A stretch of DNA of 64,000 nucleotides from Phoronis australis (GCA_002633005.1 NMRA01000020.1:1459650-1523649); one strand, 5' to 3'. Shown: positions 37,128 through 51,253, counted from the first letter of the stretch. Notes: generated from the sequence alone by a model not told the origin. Made by a program: numbers and translations.

Positions 37128-38627
37128 CCGTATTCGTCCTAATAAGCGCCCAAGTTGCTTAGAAAAATTCGTTTCAGAGGGAGGGGCGCTTATTATAGCC
37201 TAAGGTGGTTGAAACTGATCTCCGAAAAGGGTGAAATCGTAAGCTAGGATTCATCATATTTAAGCTCTGTGACATATTTGTAACCTATGACAAACTTTCT
37301 ATAAAATTTTGGTGCATTGCTATCAAACTTCGTTGTTAAATTACGATCATTTTTCAGAAAATTGTGCTGAAATCCGAGGGCAAAAACTCACCAACTGATG
37401 CGTCGCTGCCTCGCGATCACCGGTAGGGCAACTTGAATTCTTAAATGAAAATACAGTTTCTACTCAACAAATTACCTGAAGTCCTCCTTAAGTTTTCAAA
37501 ACAGCATCCTTAAGATTCTTAAGTTCCTGTGGAGTCGGCATTAACTGTAGATAAAGACCAGATCTATGCTAGATCGTACCTCGCAACACGAGAAAAATGT
37601 GGACGAACACACATGTTGTTGTCCCGTGATGTTTGTTTTGAAGTTTTTCTGCGTGTGAGTGAGTGCGTGTCATCAGAGTTCATTTGCCAGAGTAAACGCA
37701 ATGAAACAATCTAGGTGTGCATTGTAACTAAAGAAATTATCACAAGCAGTAAAGCAGAACGTGTTTTATTTAGCACTTGTTTATCTCATCTGCTAAAAAG
37801 CATTTGAGAATTGTCTCGGTAAGGCCGATATTACATGTCATTGAGTCGCCGGGTGACTGGATGCGTGGCAGTCTAACAGTTTTTTTTCCGGGAGATTCGA
37901 GGGGGATGTGTGTAAGGCTGTGAAAGTGTTCACTATCAGTAGGTCATTTTGACTTTAAAAACACCAATTACGACTAATTTAATGATCCCCCTTAGAAATA
38001 ACGCAAACATTTTTTACGGTATTAGAAACTTTCGGAAATTAGTTCTAATATTTATTTCTTATTGATGCTATGCTACCCATTTCATGAATAGATAGTTCCC
38101 GAAGACTAATGTCTTCGATGACAGGTATATGTATGTATTGCGCGCTTCATGGCCACGTGCTTTTATTCTAACACCGGTCTTCGATTGGTGGTTTTCACGT
38201 GTACAAAGAAATATGGATTCCTGTTGAGGGAGAAGATCCGCACGGGGAAGATAAAATTCAATCCCTTTGACAAGTATGCTGCATCTGTTCTGAAAAGCCA
38301 GACCATAATGGGACATATTCCTCGCAAGATCAGCAAAATTTTTGCCTTGTTTTTGAAGCATGGCGGAAGTTTGAAGTGCAGAGTCACGGCTAAATACAGA
38401 CATAGCGGCGAGGCTCATGGTCTACAAGTTCCGCGCATACGGTAATGATTTTTTCAGGACTGTCAGATCTTATTGATAAATTGAAGACATTACTGTAGAA
38501 TTTTAGAACTACAGGTAAGGCATTTTTCACATATACACGTTCATGGGCTGGGCGCTTATTTTAGCAAAGTCTAAAACTGCGTGGGGGGCGGTTATTGAGG
38601 CATGGGCGCGTATTAGGGCGAATACGG
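37128..38627 (+). mobile_element. Non-autonomous Tc2/pogo-like element, 1500 bp, carrying a HIRAN-like gene remnant
   Basis: TA|CCGTATTCGTCCTAATAAGCGCCCA ... TGGGCGCGTATTAGGGCGAATACGG|TA. It is inserted in a ~40-bp tandem repeat whose neighbouring units show the empty site gaagTAattgttattc. Confidence 0.9.
38149..38498 (+). pseudogene. Frameshifted stand-alone HIRAN-like domain gene inside the TIR element
   Basis: Pieces across frames: SSIGGFHVYKEIWIPVEGE (from 38178), then NPFDKYAASVLKSQTIMGHIPRKISKIFALFLKHGGSLKCRVTAKYRHSGEAHGLQVP (ORF 38149-38445), then MIFSGLSDLIDKLKTLL* (TAG 38496-38498). The NPxDxxA...(V/M)GH(I/L)P pattern is the HIRAN signature. Confidence 0.75.
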
Positions 38628-40327
38628 TAATTGTTATTCGAATGTGTGGTAGGACAAGAACAGACCTGTAATGGTAGAGAAGCTTTACTTAAATCTCAGT
38701 TACTGAGAAGGATGAAACCAGACTTTTATGTTGGCTCAAGTGATTGTTTGCTGTCTGGCAGATGTTGGTTGATCAAGTTTGAATCTGTGGCCCCTGACAG
38801 TGATTATTGTTTGCATGTGGGTAGGGCCAATATTACTCCCAGCCTGTGGGTAGATGCTACTTTTGAGGTTGAACTGCTGTAGATCATAGGTCTCCAAAAG
38901 GCATTATGGTGATGTTTCTTCTAATCAGAACACAGTATGTTGGAGCAGTGAAGTTTTATTTTATCAAAAATTTCAACAAGAGTAAGCATGAAGACAATTC
39001 CTCTTCATTATTTGAAATTTTATATAGTACATCTGTCTTCAGCATACTCACAATGAAATCTTAAACATTTAGGCAATACTGCGAAAAGTGAAAAAATAAT
39101 TTTGACCATATTTTTTTTGAATTTGAGGAAGCTTTACCATATTTGGTTCTGGACTGTTATGGTTTTGAAAGTTGATGCAGGGATGCTGTATTTCATACTT
39201 CTTCAATATTCGAAAAATCCACCTGATATCAGCGTAAGTGGGGAGACAGTGGTCACTGATCCCAGTCGAGCAGTGGTTACCACCTGTTTCAAGTCAATAA
39301 AGGCGAATAATAAGATGATGGTAGCTGAGTAGCTGACTTTTGAAATTGCCACGCCATATTGAAATTTACTATCCTGCCAGACGGCAATCGGGTCTTTTGT
39401 GGACAGGCGTTCAGCGCCACCTATGGATACCATGTAATGCGGACGGGAGGTTTCAAACTACTGGCATAAACAGCACTTTAGCACATTTCCTGTTACTATA
39501 ATTCTGTCAAATTTCTGCCACTGTGGGATGGGATGTACTAATGCTTTACAAAAGAACAAACTTTTTGAAATACCAATGGATGAACAAGGTCATCATGTTC
39601 CACACATTTCCTATTGAGAAGAAGAATTGGTGTTTAAGCCCTGGCAGCAGCTGATAAAGCAGATGAAATTCTATCCCAGCTGGTATCAAAAAGCTAAAAA
39701 TAAATTAGTGAACTTAAACTAAACAAACATTGGGAGTGGCTAAGGATGGAATTTATTCCTCTTCTTTTAAATTAATCAACCCCTATGGTAGTAATTGAAT
39801 TTCTGTCCACCAAATCTGAGTCAGGATCAATTGGAAGTCACTTTCGTGCTCTCATTACACTAGAGAGGGCCAATATGGAAAGTCCTCTTTGACAAGCCAC
39901 ATCGTTCAGAAACTAAACTTCATTATGTTTGTGTGGCTTTTGGAACAAAGGTTGAGCAAAATTGGTGTGGCGGCACCTTTTTTCTTTTCGAAGCAGCAGG
40001 TACAGGTTTCAAAATGAGTTGGGGTGCTGACTGGAATTTTGAAATAAGGTTTGGGCTGTTGCTTGTGATACTTAGAGGTATCTGTGAGTCTTTTCAAAAA
40101 GAGGGCTTATGAATGGATTTAGTAGACGGGTGCATGGGCTAGATAATTGGCAGCAAAATATCATCCCACTTGTATCAGATACTCACTGGGGTAGTTGTCC
40201 AAATGATCACTTGCACGTTTTACCCAGTCTTTTTATTGGGATGTATACTTATTACTGTATTACACTCATGATTGGGGAAAGTACGTGTGATGAGTGGTTC
40301 TCACAGACTTTGTGTTCTTTGCCCTGA

Positions 40328-40833
40328 AGTCCCTTTCATACTACCATGGACGTTTTGGGAAGTTGTGGTCAGTATGAATGGTTAACTTCTCTCTTGGATC
40401 GAAGTTAACACCCCCAGGTAACTTTGCTGTAAACAGGTGAATTTAACAGCGAAGCATCGACGCTACGGTGCGGTATGAATGGACAACTTTGGTCTCATCA
40501 AAGTTATCACCGAGGGCCACTGCTTTCGTCAATAATTGAAGGACAGTGTCGTCGCTAATAGTTGCTTATATTTTACTCGAATAACCACTAATCAAATTAG
40601 AAATAAGTTTCATGTGAATTAGCCCACGTTAATTTTCCCAAACTATCCCATTGAAGAAATCGTGTGCACGCGGTACATCAGCGCTAACTTGCGATTACTT
40701 CGATGACATCAGCGTCACCTACCGTCTACTTCGATGCCTTTAACTATCGAAGCTGGTATCAACAAATCAATTAACTTTGCAGTTTACGTTGACGCTTTGC
40801 TCATACCGGACTTATGTTAGTATGAAAGGGCCT
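40328..40833 (+). mobile_element. Harbinger-like MITE family A, copy 3, 506 bp
   Basis: tga|AGTCCCTTTCATACT ... AGTATGAAAGGGCCT|TAA. Collinear with 34832-35338 (shared cttcgatgac.tcagcgtcacc and gtttacgttgacgct). Confidence 0.85.
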
Positions 40834-41499
40834 TAAATGAATAAGGAATTTGATACTATGTCACGCATGTCAAATAAAATGGTTTCACTTCTGCCATAAA
40901 CCTTAAGGTCTGTAGACGCATAGTTCACTCCTACTTTTACTCAAACTACAATGTGTAAGCTATGACGTGGCCTCATCAGACTGTCTATCCGTCATGTTAT
41001 AGAATGTTTTAATCTTAAGTGCAATGAAAAATAATCCTTAACCTTAAGTGATATTTTAATATCAGTGTCCTTTTTATTGAACTCATTGTCAATGGTCATA
41101 CTGAATCTTTTTCAATTTATTGCTCTTATTGTCTCTGCGCTGAAGCGATAGTTCATTCACTTTCACACACCGCAGTGGCACTACACAGATTTTACACATT
41201 CTGCTTCTTTCCAATTATTTTTCCAACCCCATCTGTGGGTTTGTAACACATGTCTCAAGGAGTGTCTGCCTATATAACCCATTACAGTCCAACAGCTGCA
41301 TGGGACTGATTTGCTGATGGATTCATTACAAATCTGTGTGTATTGTTGATAGACTCATCTGAAAGGTTTGTTATAATATCTCAAAGCCGTTAGCATCTGA
41401 TTCTAATTGTTTAAATCAGGGTTTTCTGAATTCTTAATCCAAATTTGATGTTTTCTGTTTGTTAAAATAATTAGAAGTTGTGTTAAATTCTTACCAATT

Positions 41500-42272
41500 T
41501 AGGACACAACATGGCCGACAAGCGAAATTTTATTCCATCATTTGTTCTATGACTGATATGTGGCACTAAATTAAATTCTTTTCCATGTTCATGTTTAGTT
41601 TGGTAGCTACTTTCGGACAATGCTTCGTGAACATTGACAATAATGTTTGAAGCCCATCAAAACTGACAAAGGTCATTTTTGGGGATTAGTTTGTCTGAAA
41701 TGGGTGAGATTTGACCATAGTCTTAATTTGAAATGTTCAAAGTCTGTTTTTGTTCTGATTTTTGTAATCTAGGAGGTACAACATTCTTAATGACAAACTA
41801 CGTAATATTTATACTATGCTTTAGATTGATAGATGGAATCTAGGCAGGTATTTTATGACATAACTTGAACAAATTTTTTTAGCATTCATGTTGTGAATTT
41901 AAAAGCCAACTTTCTTGAGATTTGTGTGTCTTATGAGATCTATTTTTCTTTTACTGATTTTCAAAAGCATATCTGACGTGAAAAATTATGTTAATCAAAA
42001 TTTGCCTAATAAAATAATAACCCTTGCCATGCGTTTGTATGACTCTGTCGTCAATGACGACTGGAGGGAAAATGAATGTATGGCAATTTTCTTCTCATTT
42101 CACAAAAAGACTGATTACCTTACTGCAAATATTGGAAAATTTTCCAAATATTGTTTATGGCATCTTCACAGCACAACCATGCTAGTAATAGACCAATAAT
42201 TTCCTAATTTTTATTTTTGTAGAGAAATTTGACACAATAGAATTTCACTTGTCGCCCACAATGTGTGCTTGA
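41500..42272. mobile_element. Degenerate TIR element; a related fragment lies at ~36767-36900
   Basis: Left end ttaggacacaacatggccgacaagcgaaattttatt matches the reverse complement of the right end, tcaagcacacattgtgggcgacaagtgaaattctatt. The same motif, ttagcacacaacatggccgacaaatgaaaatctatt, occurs at ~36768. Confidence 0.6.
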
Positions 42273-43600
42273 TATTGAGTTAGTGGAGAAATCCCGTCTT
42301 AAAATCTGGGCAGGTAATAGTTTTTGATGAATACCTTTACCAAGTTGTTTGCAGGTGGAACAGAGTTGTACAAGTTATGCTGTATGACTGGTCACACATG
42401 GTAATGTGTGACACAGCTCAGTGTAAACTACATGCAGGTGACACTTAAGAATTCAGAACCTATATATTGTGACAGATTTCAGGTGATCTATTTCTATTCT
42501 TTGTGAACTTATGGGCTATTAAAAACTAGATACAGGTGACAGTGTTCTGAGTGAATATTTTTATTGCAAAAGTAATGCACATTAAAAATAATCTTTAAGC
42601 TGTTACAACACCAACATGTATTGTTACAGTACAAGGTAAAAGTAATCAGGCACGAAACACTGTTTTCCTGTCATGATGACTATGGTAATTTGGTTAACTA
42701 CACTGGTGATGTTAGTGTTGTGGGGCACAATTGTAGTTTCAGAATGACTAAAGGCCTTTACAACTAGCTCCAAAGTTTCTTATGTTGGTGGAAGTACATT
42801 TTATCTGGATATTTGAGTATCTCAAATATTAGCATTTGGCTTCTATGCAAAAAACATATGTCAAATTTTTTTCTTATATTTAAATTATTTTTCATGCCAA
42901 TCGCATATGCTGTGAAATAAGAATAAAAAACTAGGGCCACCAACATCGTTTTTTGCACAATTTTACTTTCTCGAAAGTGTGCCAATTTCAAAATTACGAT
43001 TACCCGCTGCATTCACTAGATGGCGCTTCATGTTGTGTTGTTGGAATTGTGAAATAAGCTTAGTTGATGGAAACTCTCTGAAACAAGAAATCACTTCTTT
43101 AATAAATTCAAAATTGCCATTTGATTCAAGTCATCCGTGATGTCTACTCTTGGGTTTGGTTATTGTTTAGTATGACATTATGAGGTTTGATGTCCCACGC
43201 TATTATCAAATGCCAAAATAACAAAAGCTCATGCAAAGTCAACATTTTTTTAACTGAAATAAAAAATCATATTCACTGTGCGGAACCCCTTACTGGTAAC
43301 AACTTTAGAAATGACATAACAGTTACCAAGAATTTGATAGATAACTTGAGATTTTGTTTTTTATTTAAGTGTTTGATTTAGTACCCCCGCTCTTCTCTGG
43401 ATCCAACAGATGAAAATCATTGATTAGCTCTCAAGAAACTGCTGTGTATATACAGTTATGGATCGGCCATGTGCCTAGCAAATACATTATACTTCTAGCT
43501 TATACAAAGGTGTTTTAATTATTTAACCACTGTTTAGTTAGCATTAAGGTTTAACTTTACATTGAACTAGATACTGGGCCTCAGGTCCTACATGGTAATA

Positions 43601-44031
43601 CTGGGATTTTGTGGAGATAAGCCTATGGGCTTGTATTCAGAAAATGGAAATTTTCAGGCATTTCAGTGACATCAAATAAACGTCCAGGTGTTTATTCGGA
43701 AAAGGGTTGCATGTAAACGGAAAGTCATAGTTTTACATTTTTTACTTAGAACTTACATTTTTTACTTAGAACTGTGTTTTTAAATTTTATGTTACAATGT
43801 GCATAGTTCGCCAACACCTTGTTCATTTTGATGAATGATAAATGTTCCACAAAACTGAATTTGTGATAAAAAATTGATGCTGAGTGGGCTTTTAAACGAT
43901 AATTTTCCGAAGAAACGTCGCACTATTTGGACACTTGACACCATAAGTTGTAACACCAAATAAATGCCTATTTATTTGGCATAATTTTCCAAATAAACGC
44001 TCATGACGTGGGCTTATCTACGAAAAATCCC
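43601..44031. mobile_element. Old degenerate TIR element, possibly Tc2-like
   Basis: ctgggattttgtggagataagcc ... ggcttatctacgaaaaatccct, imperfect inverted ends. Confidence 0.4.
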
Positions 44032-47000
44032 TTTATTTCATTTTTTGCACTTTCCATGGCATAAGCTAAGTTTGTGTCCATATTAATGCCTGCACTCAAC
44101 TTACCATCCACCCCCAAATTATACGATTGAGATTTCCTTAACTAGTCATTGTAAATGTCCGTTTCATCAAAATTTCAGCTCCCAAAAAGCATGCAACTCT
44201 TCTTTACTGAAAGGAGCATAAATTGGTTATTTTGGCTCATGCATATTTCCAATATCATCAAACTCTTTGCTAAAATATTAAAACCATTCCTATCAGCAGC
44301 GACTGGCCAGCTCATTACGTGGGGAACTTGAAATTTAAATATGTGTTTGTGTAAAAAGTTGGATCACACTTTGTAACTGCTATTTGTGGTCATTCCATTT
44401 GTTATATGCTTGTCTGAGTGTTAGTCCCCAATTGAACCTCCCTGTAGTGTAATACTCCACTCTAAAACAGACTTTAGAAAAAAGTTTTAAATGATCAAAA
44501 CAGACTGATGATCTAAATTATCAAACTGGCAAAAGAAATCTTTCTTGTGTAGTGATACCGTTAAATCAACTTTTTATCTCAAGGAACTGGATACTTAACC
44601 ACCAAGACATTGGTAACTCAAAGGCAAAAACAATCAGTACAATAAATCTTAACCTGTTTCGTACATCAGTATGGAGAAGTGGAACAAATTTATCTTCATA
44701 ACTGAAAATTCTAGTTGATTATTGACTCAAAATAAGAATTGGGAATATTTTGGATAGTTGAATCAATGAAATCAAGAAGAAACCTTGAAAAAATGGTGTA
44801 GTTACTTTTCCATAACTACAAAATTACAATAACTAGCTTTGAGTGAGCTTATCTTTATCAATAAATGCCTTGTGCACCTCGCCCCCTCATTTCAGAAGAG
44901 ACCTGTCCTGTTCCCATTATCTGTTGCATGTAGCTGAGTTTGTTGATTTAGGTAGATAACATGGTCTGAATTTGTACTGCAAACCCCAGCTCAGGTGACG
45001 TGTCCACAAATGTCGCTGGTTTATTGATGAGACCACAGGTGCTGGTGACAGTTTACCGAAGGTGGCTTTTGCAACTTTTGTATGATCTTTGGATTTCCAA
45101 CATTCTGTTGAAGTTGAGCAGTAGGGAGTCCTCTATTGGAGACTCATAGAGTTACAATTTCTGGTACGTACCGTACACAGTAAGTGTGGCAGTGCCAACA
45201 TCAGAAGTTATGTAAGAGTGAGACCATCTGCTGAGGCAGCCTCAAGTTGTGTAGGAATCATTTGGAATTTTTCTTGTAATTTCTGTTGTTGTTTCCGTGA
45301 TGTAGTTTACCACCTCTTGTTGTGAATGTTGCCGGCAATGTGACAGGGTTGTATACTAGAAAAAGCAAAGCGAAATTCAGTCATTTCGCAAATATTTACT
45401 ATCTGACATTATCGTCCTCCCTGGTACAGACATTACCATCCTCCTACTGGCCTGTATCAGAACTTGTCTAGATTCACACAGGAAGTACTGGGCTCCAAAA
45501 CTGCTGTCTCATTTGGCGGGAATCTCCTACCGCAATGCAATTTTGTTGTGAGAGATCGTCCTGTGAGCCATTCTCCTACCTGAGATAATGAAATTCTTGA
45601 GCAAACTGCAAGTCTTTGTAATACATGAACTGCGTACTATTTGAGGCCCATACACAGCTGATGGTGTTAACAAAGATAAAAATTTACTGTCAATCTAAAC
45701 GTTGGTTTTCACCTTTTCTCTCTTTTGTTGAACTAGTCTACTCAAATCTCAAATAGTTGCATGTCTAGTTTATTGTCCGTGAAATCCCTGAGATGGCGTC
45801 ACGGCCATTTTGCATCATGGAAGCTATTTTTTAAAAAAATTTCAATTGTTCACAATCTCTCGTGGGACAGCAAAAGGTTGAGTGTTCCATTTGAATGTGT
45901 TGCAGAAAACTTAGCTGTCATTAATCAGCAGAGTTCATGTGTATGTCTAGACTAACATTGAGTGGTCCGATTACAATATATAATGAGTTCAAATTGGATT
46001 TCAGCAGGTGCGCATACATTGGTGTGAGGTCAATTTCACCAGTTTCCCATCGTCTGTGGTGGGTGAAACACCTATCAGTTTCGCAAGCAGTTTCAACGTT
46101 CAGCTGCAAAGTGCACTGTTATTATTTGCACTAATGTCAAAAATCTAGAATTTTCTGATTGTATTACAGACTATGCAAAATGACCCTTACCGTGATAATT
46201 GACCAATTGCAAGCTCCGCCCCTTGCGAAATGTCTACAAACAGACAATAAGTTTTAGCCAGCAAGGTGTTGTTTGTCAGGTAAAATGGCAGCTTGGAAAT
46301 GAAGGTGTGTCAAGAATGCTACGCTCTGATTGGTCAGTTCAGCTGTCTCTCAAAATCCTGGCGATAGGTCAATTGTTACTTAATTAGACATGGAGACAAA
46401 TGAAAGTAATCTTTTTATACAATGGAATTCTATGAAAATTTAAAGATGCGCTGGGTAAAAAGCTGGGTCACGCTCAGAGAACTACTGTGCATAGTCATTT
46501 CCGGTACGTTGTCTACAAGCCCTCGATCTTTTGTTTTCGACTTATGCTCGCAAGTCCTACATCCCTGTAAATCTCTGGGCAATAACCCAGTAGACCATTC
46601 AGGTACACACCCTGACTATACCAGTTTCTCAAAAACTTCGTTTTCATGCTCCCATAGTTGGTTTGGCGCTGATCCCCTGATTTTTGAGTTCTCTAAAATA
46701 GGCGCCCTTAACAGGAACCCCTACGAATACAGTTTTATAATTTTAGTAATCTTAAATTATATCATTGAATTTTTTACGCAAAAATGTATCATATTCAATT
46801 ACGCCACAGCTTAAATGTCAATTATATAGTGTTTGATTTTACTTTATTTCCGTTTCTGTTGACAAAGGACGTTATTATATCCAGAAATTTCAGTTGATCC
46901 ATTCTTGTTGTTTTATTTACCTATTTATATTAGTAATTTTTATGCAATGTGAAATATTTGTCATGGTAACTGCATAACATTTCAGAGAGTAACATTTCCT

Positions 47001-47856
47001 GTTTTAGGTCATGATTCTCTTACTGGTAAATGCACTGTTGAAACAGTACTACTTTCTTAAAAATGAGAAATTGATTTTCCCCCACACTTATGTTTACCAA
47101 ACTCGTTCAGTAACCACTTGTCTGTTTAATTGGTAAGAACATAGACTGTATTACCTGTGGCTTGTGCAAATTGCAAGAGTTAAACGTGACGTACGTAGGT
47201 TGGTATTGAAGTTTTTTAATTGGTTTAGTTGTTACCTGATATAATATAATTCGTGTGCTAATTGTATCATTTACAAATCAAAATGAATCATTTCTCATAG
47301 TGCTTGCTATACGCACCAAAAGCATTTTTGGAGAAATGAAGTTATACCGGTATTTAGAACCTTATTATCTTACTGTGTCAGATAAGTGAAAATTAAAGAC
47401 ATGGAAATTTTCAATCTAGCTAACATTTTTTTGTTTCGGTGTCTAGGATATCATTTATTGCAGATTGTCACGAGATGTCATGTGCACTTATTTTAATTAT
47501 TCAAGTGGGTTTTTTTGGTAACGTGATATTTTTCTGTGAAGAGAAAATGTTTCATAGTGATGTCACCTAGTTCATTGCTTTAAAATTCACCAAGCATATA
47601 TTCCTTGTTGTTTTGATTGTAATTGGAAGGTGAGGTTAGGTAATTTGCTGTTAAATGAGTGCATTTGATCAGTGGTAGTGTTTCCTAAACATCCTAAAAA
47701 TAAATCTCCCAGCTCAGAGGAAATTGAGGTTTATGGTAATTTAGGTCTGCTGTGACTCAGGTTTGTGGTCTGGGCTACCAGTGGCAGTAAGCCACAGCTG
47801 AATGAAGTGAGTGTGGACCTAAAGTTTACTCTTGCTGTCTTGTTGGTTTGTAACTT

Positions 47857-48210
47857 GTGAGTTGTACTGAGTGTAGAAAGTGTTATGTATGTTTGGGAAT
47901 CTCCTATTCAGTCAAAGAATCTAGGGTTGTGAGTTGCACTGAGGGTAGAATGTGATATGTGTGTTTGGTAATCTCCTATTCAGTCAAGGAATTTAGGGTT
48001 ATGAGTTGGACTGAGTGTAGAAAGTGTTCTGTATGTTTGGGATTGGGAATCTCCTATTCAGTCAAAGAATCTAGGGTTGTGGGTTGGACTGAGTGCAGAA
48101 AGTGTTGTGTATGTTTGGGAATCACCTATTCAGTCAAAAAATCTAGGGTTGTCAGTTGGACTGACTGCAGAAAGTGATATCATGCTTGTGAATCTTCCGT
48201 TCAGTCAAAG
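47857..48210. repeat. ~72-bp minisatellite x~5
   Basis: Unit gtgagttgtactgagtgtagaaagtgttatgtatgtttgggaatctcctattcagtcaaagaatctagggtt, starting near 47857, 47929, 48001, 48079 and 48151. Confidence 0.92.
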
Positions 48211-49874
48211 GATCATCGCTACTGTTTACCAATATTTGTTTACACCGTTATTGGCTATGATAGGGGGGAGGGGAAATGCTGATAATGGCTGCAGTGAAGG
48301 GGGACATTTGTGTTTCACTTCCGAGTCAAATTTTTGCCAATGTTTTGGTGGTCATGTCAATCAAAACTTGGATATGGGGACTCAACAATTCATTACTACC
48401 TGGGTCAGTTTTATGGAAAGTCAGAAATGTTTATTGACGCCCCCTTTTCATAATAATCATATGCAGTTTTTGCCATGTAATTCTTAGCACAAAATAATCA
48501 TAATTGGGCCCTGGTCCTCAGGTGACGGTACTATAGAGGAAGCAAAAACGTGGATGATATTGATTGGATATTTTTATTCTTTGTTTTCCAAGTTAGTTAA
48601 CTATGATGCAAAACAAACCACGGTTGAAGCCGAACTCGTGTTGATAAACTTTCTGCCACGATGATAACTTGTGTGTAATGTTGGAATTTCTGCTTCATCC
48701 TGAAGGACATCCAACATATGTTTTCAAGGAATAAAATACTGAACTATTAGTCGTGAATTTTTGTTTTATTGTCATATTATTATTGTGTCAATGAACTCAC
48801 TTATCACGCAATTGAAACTGCGACTCTATTAATCATGTGACTGGAACACGTTAACTGCTAGACCAGTGTACAAAATTGTCCGCAGCCAGATGATCAATAG
48901 TTAAATAAGAAAATTACTTGCATGTTGTTGGAATTGGCTCTTCAAATTTTGAGTGGAAAACTGAGACAGTCAAATCTTAGAACTAACATTGACTCCTCGG
49001 TAGTGGCTTTCTTAGAAATTACAGCTGAAATCACGTTTAAGTCCCATGGGCACCTAATAGGGGAGATAATAGTACCGGTGCTGCTCAGAAGATCCAGTGG
49101 GGTTCATCATACATCTTTCTCTGCTGAGCAATCTAATCGTCATAGTTACAATGAAAGCATGTTCATCAATTGGATTTTTACATTATTGAGATGATGTGGA
49201 TGCCTTTTTGTGATTAAGAAGCAAATTTGCCCACCCAACCACCACGTATTTGTCTATGAATATTTATGTTCATTAAATATTTAATGTGTTAAGTTAGGCA
49301 GCACTTAGTAAGGGCTTGACTAATAATTATCAAAACATTTGAATAGCTGTTTTTGGTCTTCAAATCGTCCCATTTACGCATCCTTGTAACTTTTTCTGGC
49401 AATGGTAGTGCGCGGGCCAGCGATACAAACAAAATAATACTATGCAAGAAAATGAAGACTACCGTAACTGTAGTACCTGAAAATCACGTGAATAGCACGG
49501 GTCAAGTAACGCGCGACTACTATGTTATTATAGAACAAGCTAAAACTTTAAAAATTATGGTGCATGTGTATGTGTTACTCACTTGAAGTAGGACTCAGGT
49601 ACATGGGGCTGTATAGAGCCACCGACTGTTAGCAGCGACACACAATTCGTACTGATTTTCCTTCTTCATAAACTAGTGCATGCATGGGGACTTGGTGGCA
49701 CTTGGGAAATTTTCCCATGTCGCCAATCTGACTGCAGGTCACCAAATCCAGCCCAGTTACAACATTTTCATCAAAATGCAGTATCTTTGTGTATTCTACT
49801 ACAGCCAGCACCTCACAGATAGCTGGGCTGTTCAGTATGTGCATAAATTACCATATGGAGCCTCTGCATGAAAC

Positions 49875-50206
49875 AGTGCTGAGCGCATGAAATCCAGTGT
49901 TGAGCGCATGGAACATGTAGTGTTGAGCGCATGGAACATGTGGTGTTGAGGGCATGGAACATGTAGTGTTGAGGGCATGGAACATGTAGTGTTGAGCGCA
50001 TGGAACATGTAGTGTTGAGCGCATGGAACATATAGTGATGAGCGCATGGAACATGCAGTGTTGAGCGCATGGAACATATAGTGTTGAACGCGTGGAATAT
50101 GTAGTGTTGAGCGCATGGAACATGTAGTGTTGAGCGCATGGAACATGTAGTGATGAGCGCATGGAACATATAGTGTTGAGCGCATGGAACATGTAGTGAT
50201 GAGCAT
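49875..50206. repeat. 23-bp minisatellite x~14
   Basis: Unit gtgttgagcgcatggaacatgta. It explains three overlapping repetitive minus-strand ORFs. Confidence 0.96.
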
Positions 50207-50805
50207 ACAGAAGGACTTGGAGGACTGACTGGATAGATGAAAGGGTTTAGTTTTTAGGCTGGATCTATACAAACGGCAAATCGCTCTTTAAAAATATTTT
50301 GCTTTGGTTAAGATTTGTTTTTTATTCCATTTTAATTCAGTACAAGGATTTTGTAGGTTTTGAAACCCCTTCAAATGATTGTTCTGGAAAAAATCACTAA
50401 ACGATGACTTTCTAGTGAAGCTCTAACAAATGGGTCCTTAATCTCTAAAAGGGTGGAGTTTCAACTTTATAGCTCTCTAAAAGGGTTTGTACCCTAATCT
50501 TCCTGCAGCAGCACACCCTCTCAAAAATGTATAGTTTAGTATACCTCAGTTTAAGACAACAAACATTTTCAAAGTTAATTGTCCCTTAAATTAGTACTTG
50601 TATTTCAACTTTATTGTTATCATATTGTCAATTGTATTCGTGCCTACCAATTTTCTAATAATGGTTATCCTAGTTGTTTTTGGATTGGTCCTTCTGATGA
50701 CCAATGGCATGTGTTCAGTAGTACACCCTACCCATTGGTAGGTGTGATGCTGTTATAGCTGCACACATGCTGACATGTTGACTAGAGGTTTGTACTCATC
50801 ACACT

Positions 50806-51253
50806 CAAGGTACCTAAACTACACGTTAACGGACTCATAAACATGGTCACGGACGCATGAACATGACTCACAGACCTGCAAACACCGTCCACTGACTCAC
50901 AAACACGGGAACGGACTCACAAAACACGATCCATTCACCCAAATACACAGGACATGGACTCATATTCACGAGGAAACACGGTTAACGGACCGCCAAACAC
51001 GGGTCACGGACTCATCGGCTTCCTGGGTCAGGTGACATCTACATTTTGTCCATAAACTGTTTTGGCGGTCCGTTAACTGTGTTTCTTCGTGAATGTGAGT
51101 CCTTGTCCCATGTATTTGGGTGAATGGATTGTGTTTTGTGAGTCCATTCCCGTGTTTGTGAGTCAGTGGATAGTGTTTGCAGGTCCGTGAGTCGTGTTCA
51201 TGTGTCAGTGGCCGTGTTTATGAGTCCGTTAACCGTGTAGTTTAGGTACCTTG
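50806..51253. mobile_element. Foldback element, 448 bp, ~195-bp inverted arms, 5-bp TSD, superfamily unclassified
   Basis: ACACT|CAAGGTACCTAAACTACACG ... CGTGTAGTTTAGGTACCTTG|ACACT. The arms are built of GACTCA-containing subrepeats, around a ~55-bp spacer. Confidence 0.9.

Noticed and set aside
47857-48210. Regularly spaced repeats, and a CxxC-repeat ORF, suggestive of a CRISPR array or zinc-finger protein
   Set aside because: Units are contiguous with no unique spacers, the context is eukaryotic and there are no cas genes. It is a 72-bp minisatellite.
49813-50272. Three overlapping His/Cys-rich minus-strand ORFs
   Set aside because: Product of a 23-bp tandem repeat cycling through frames; no splice or coding evidence.
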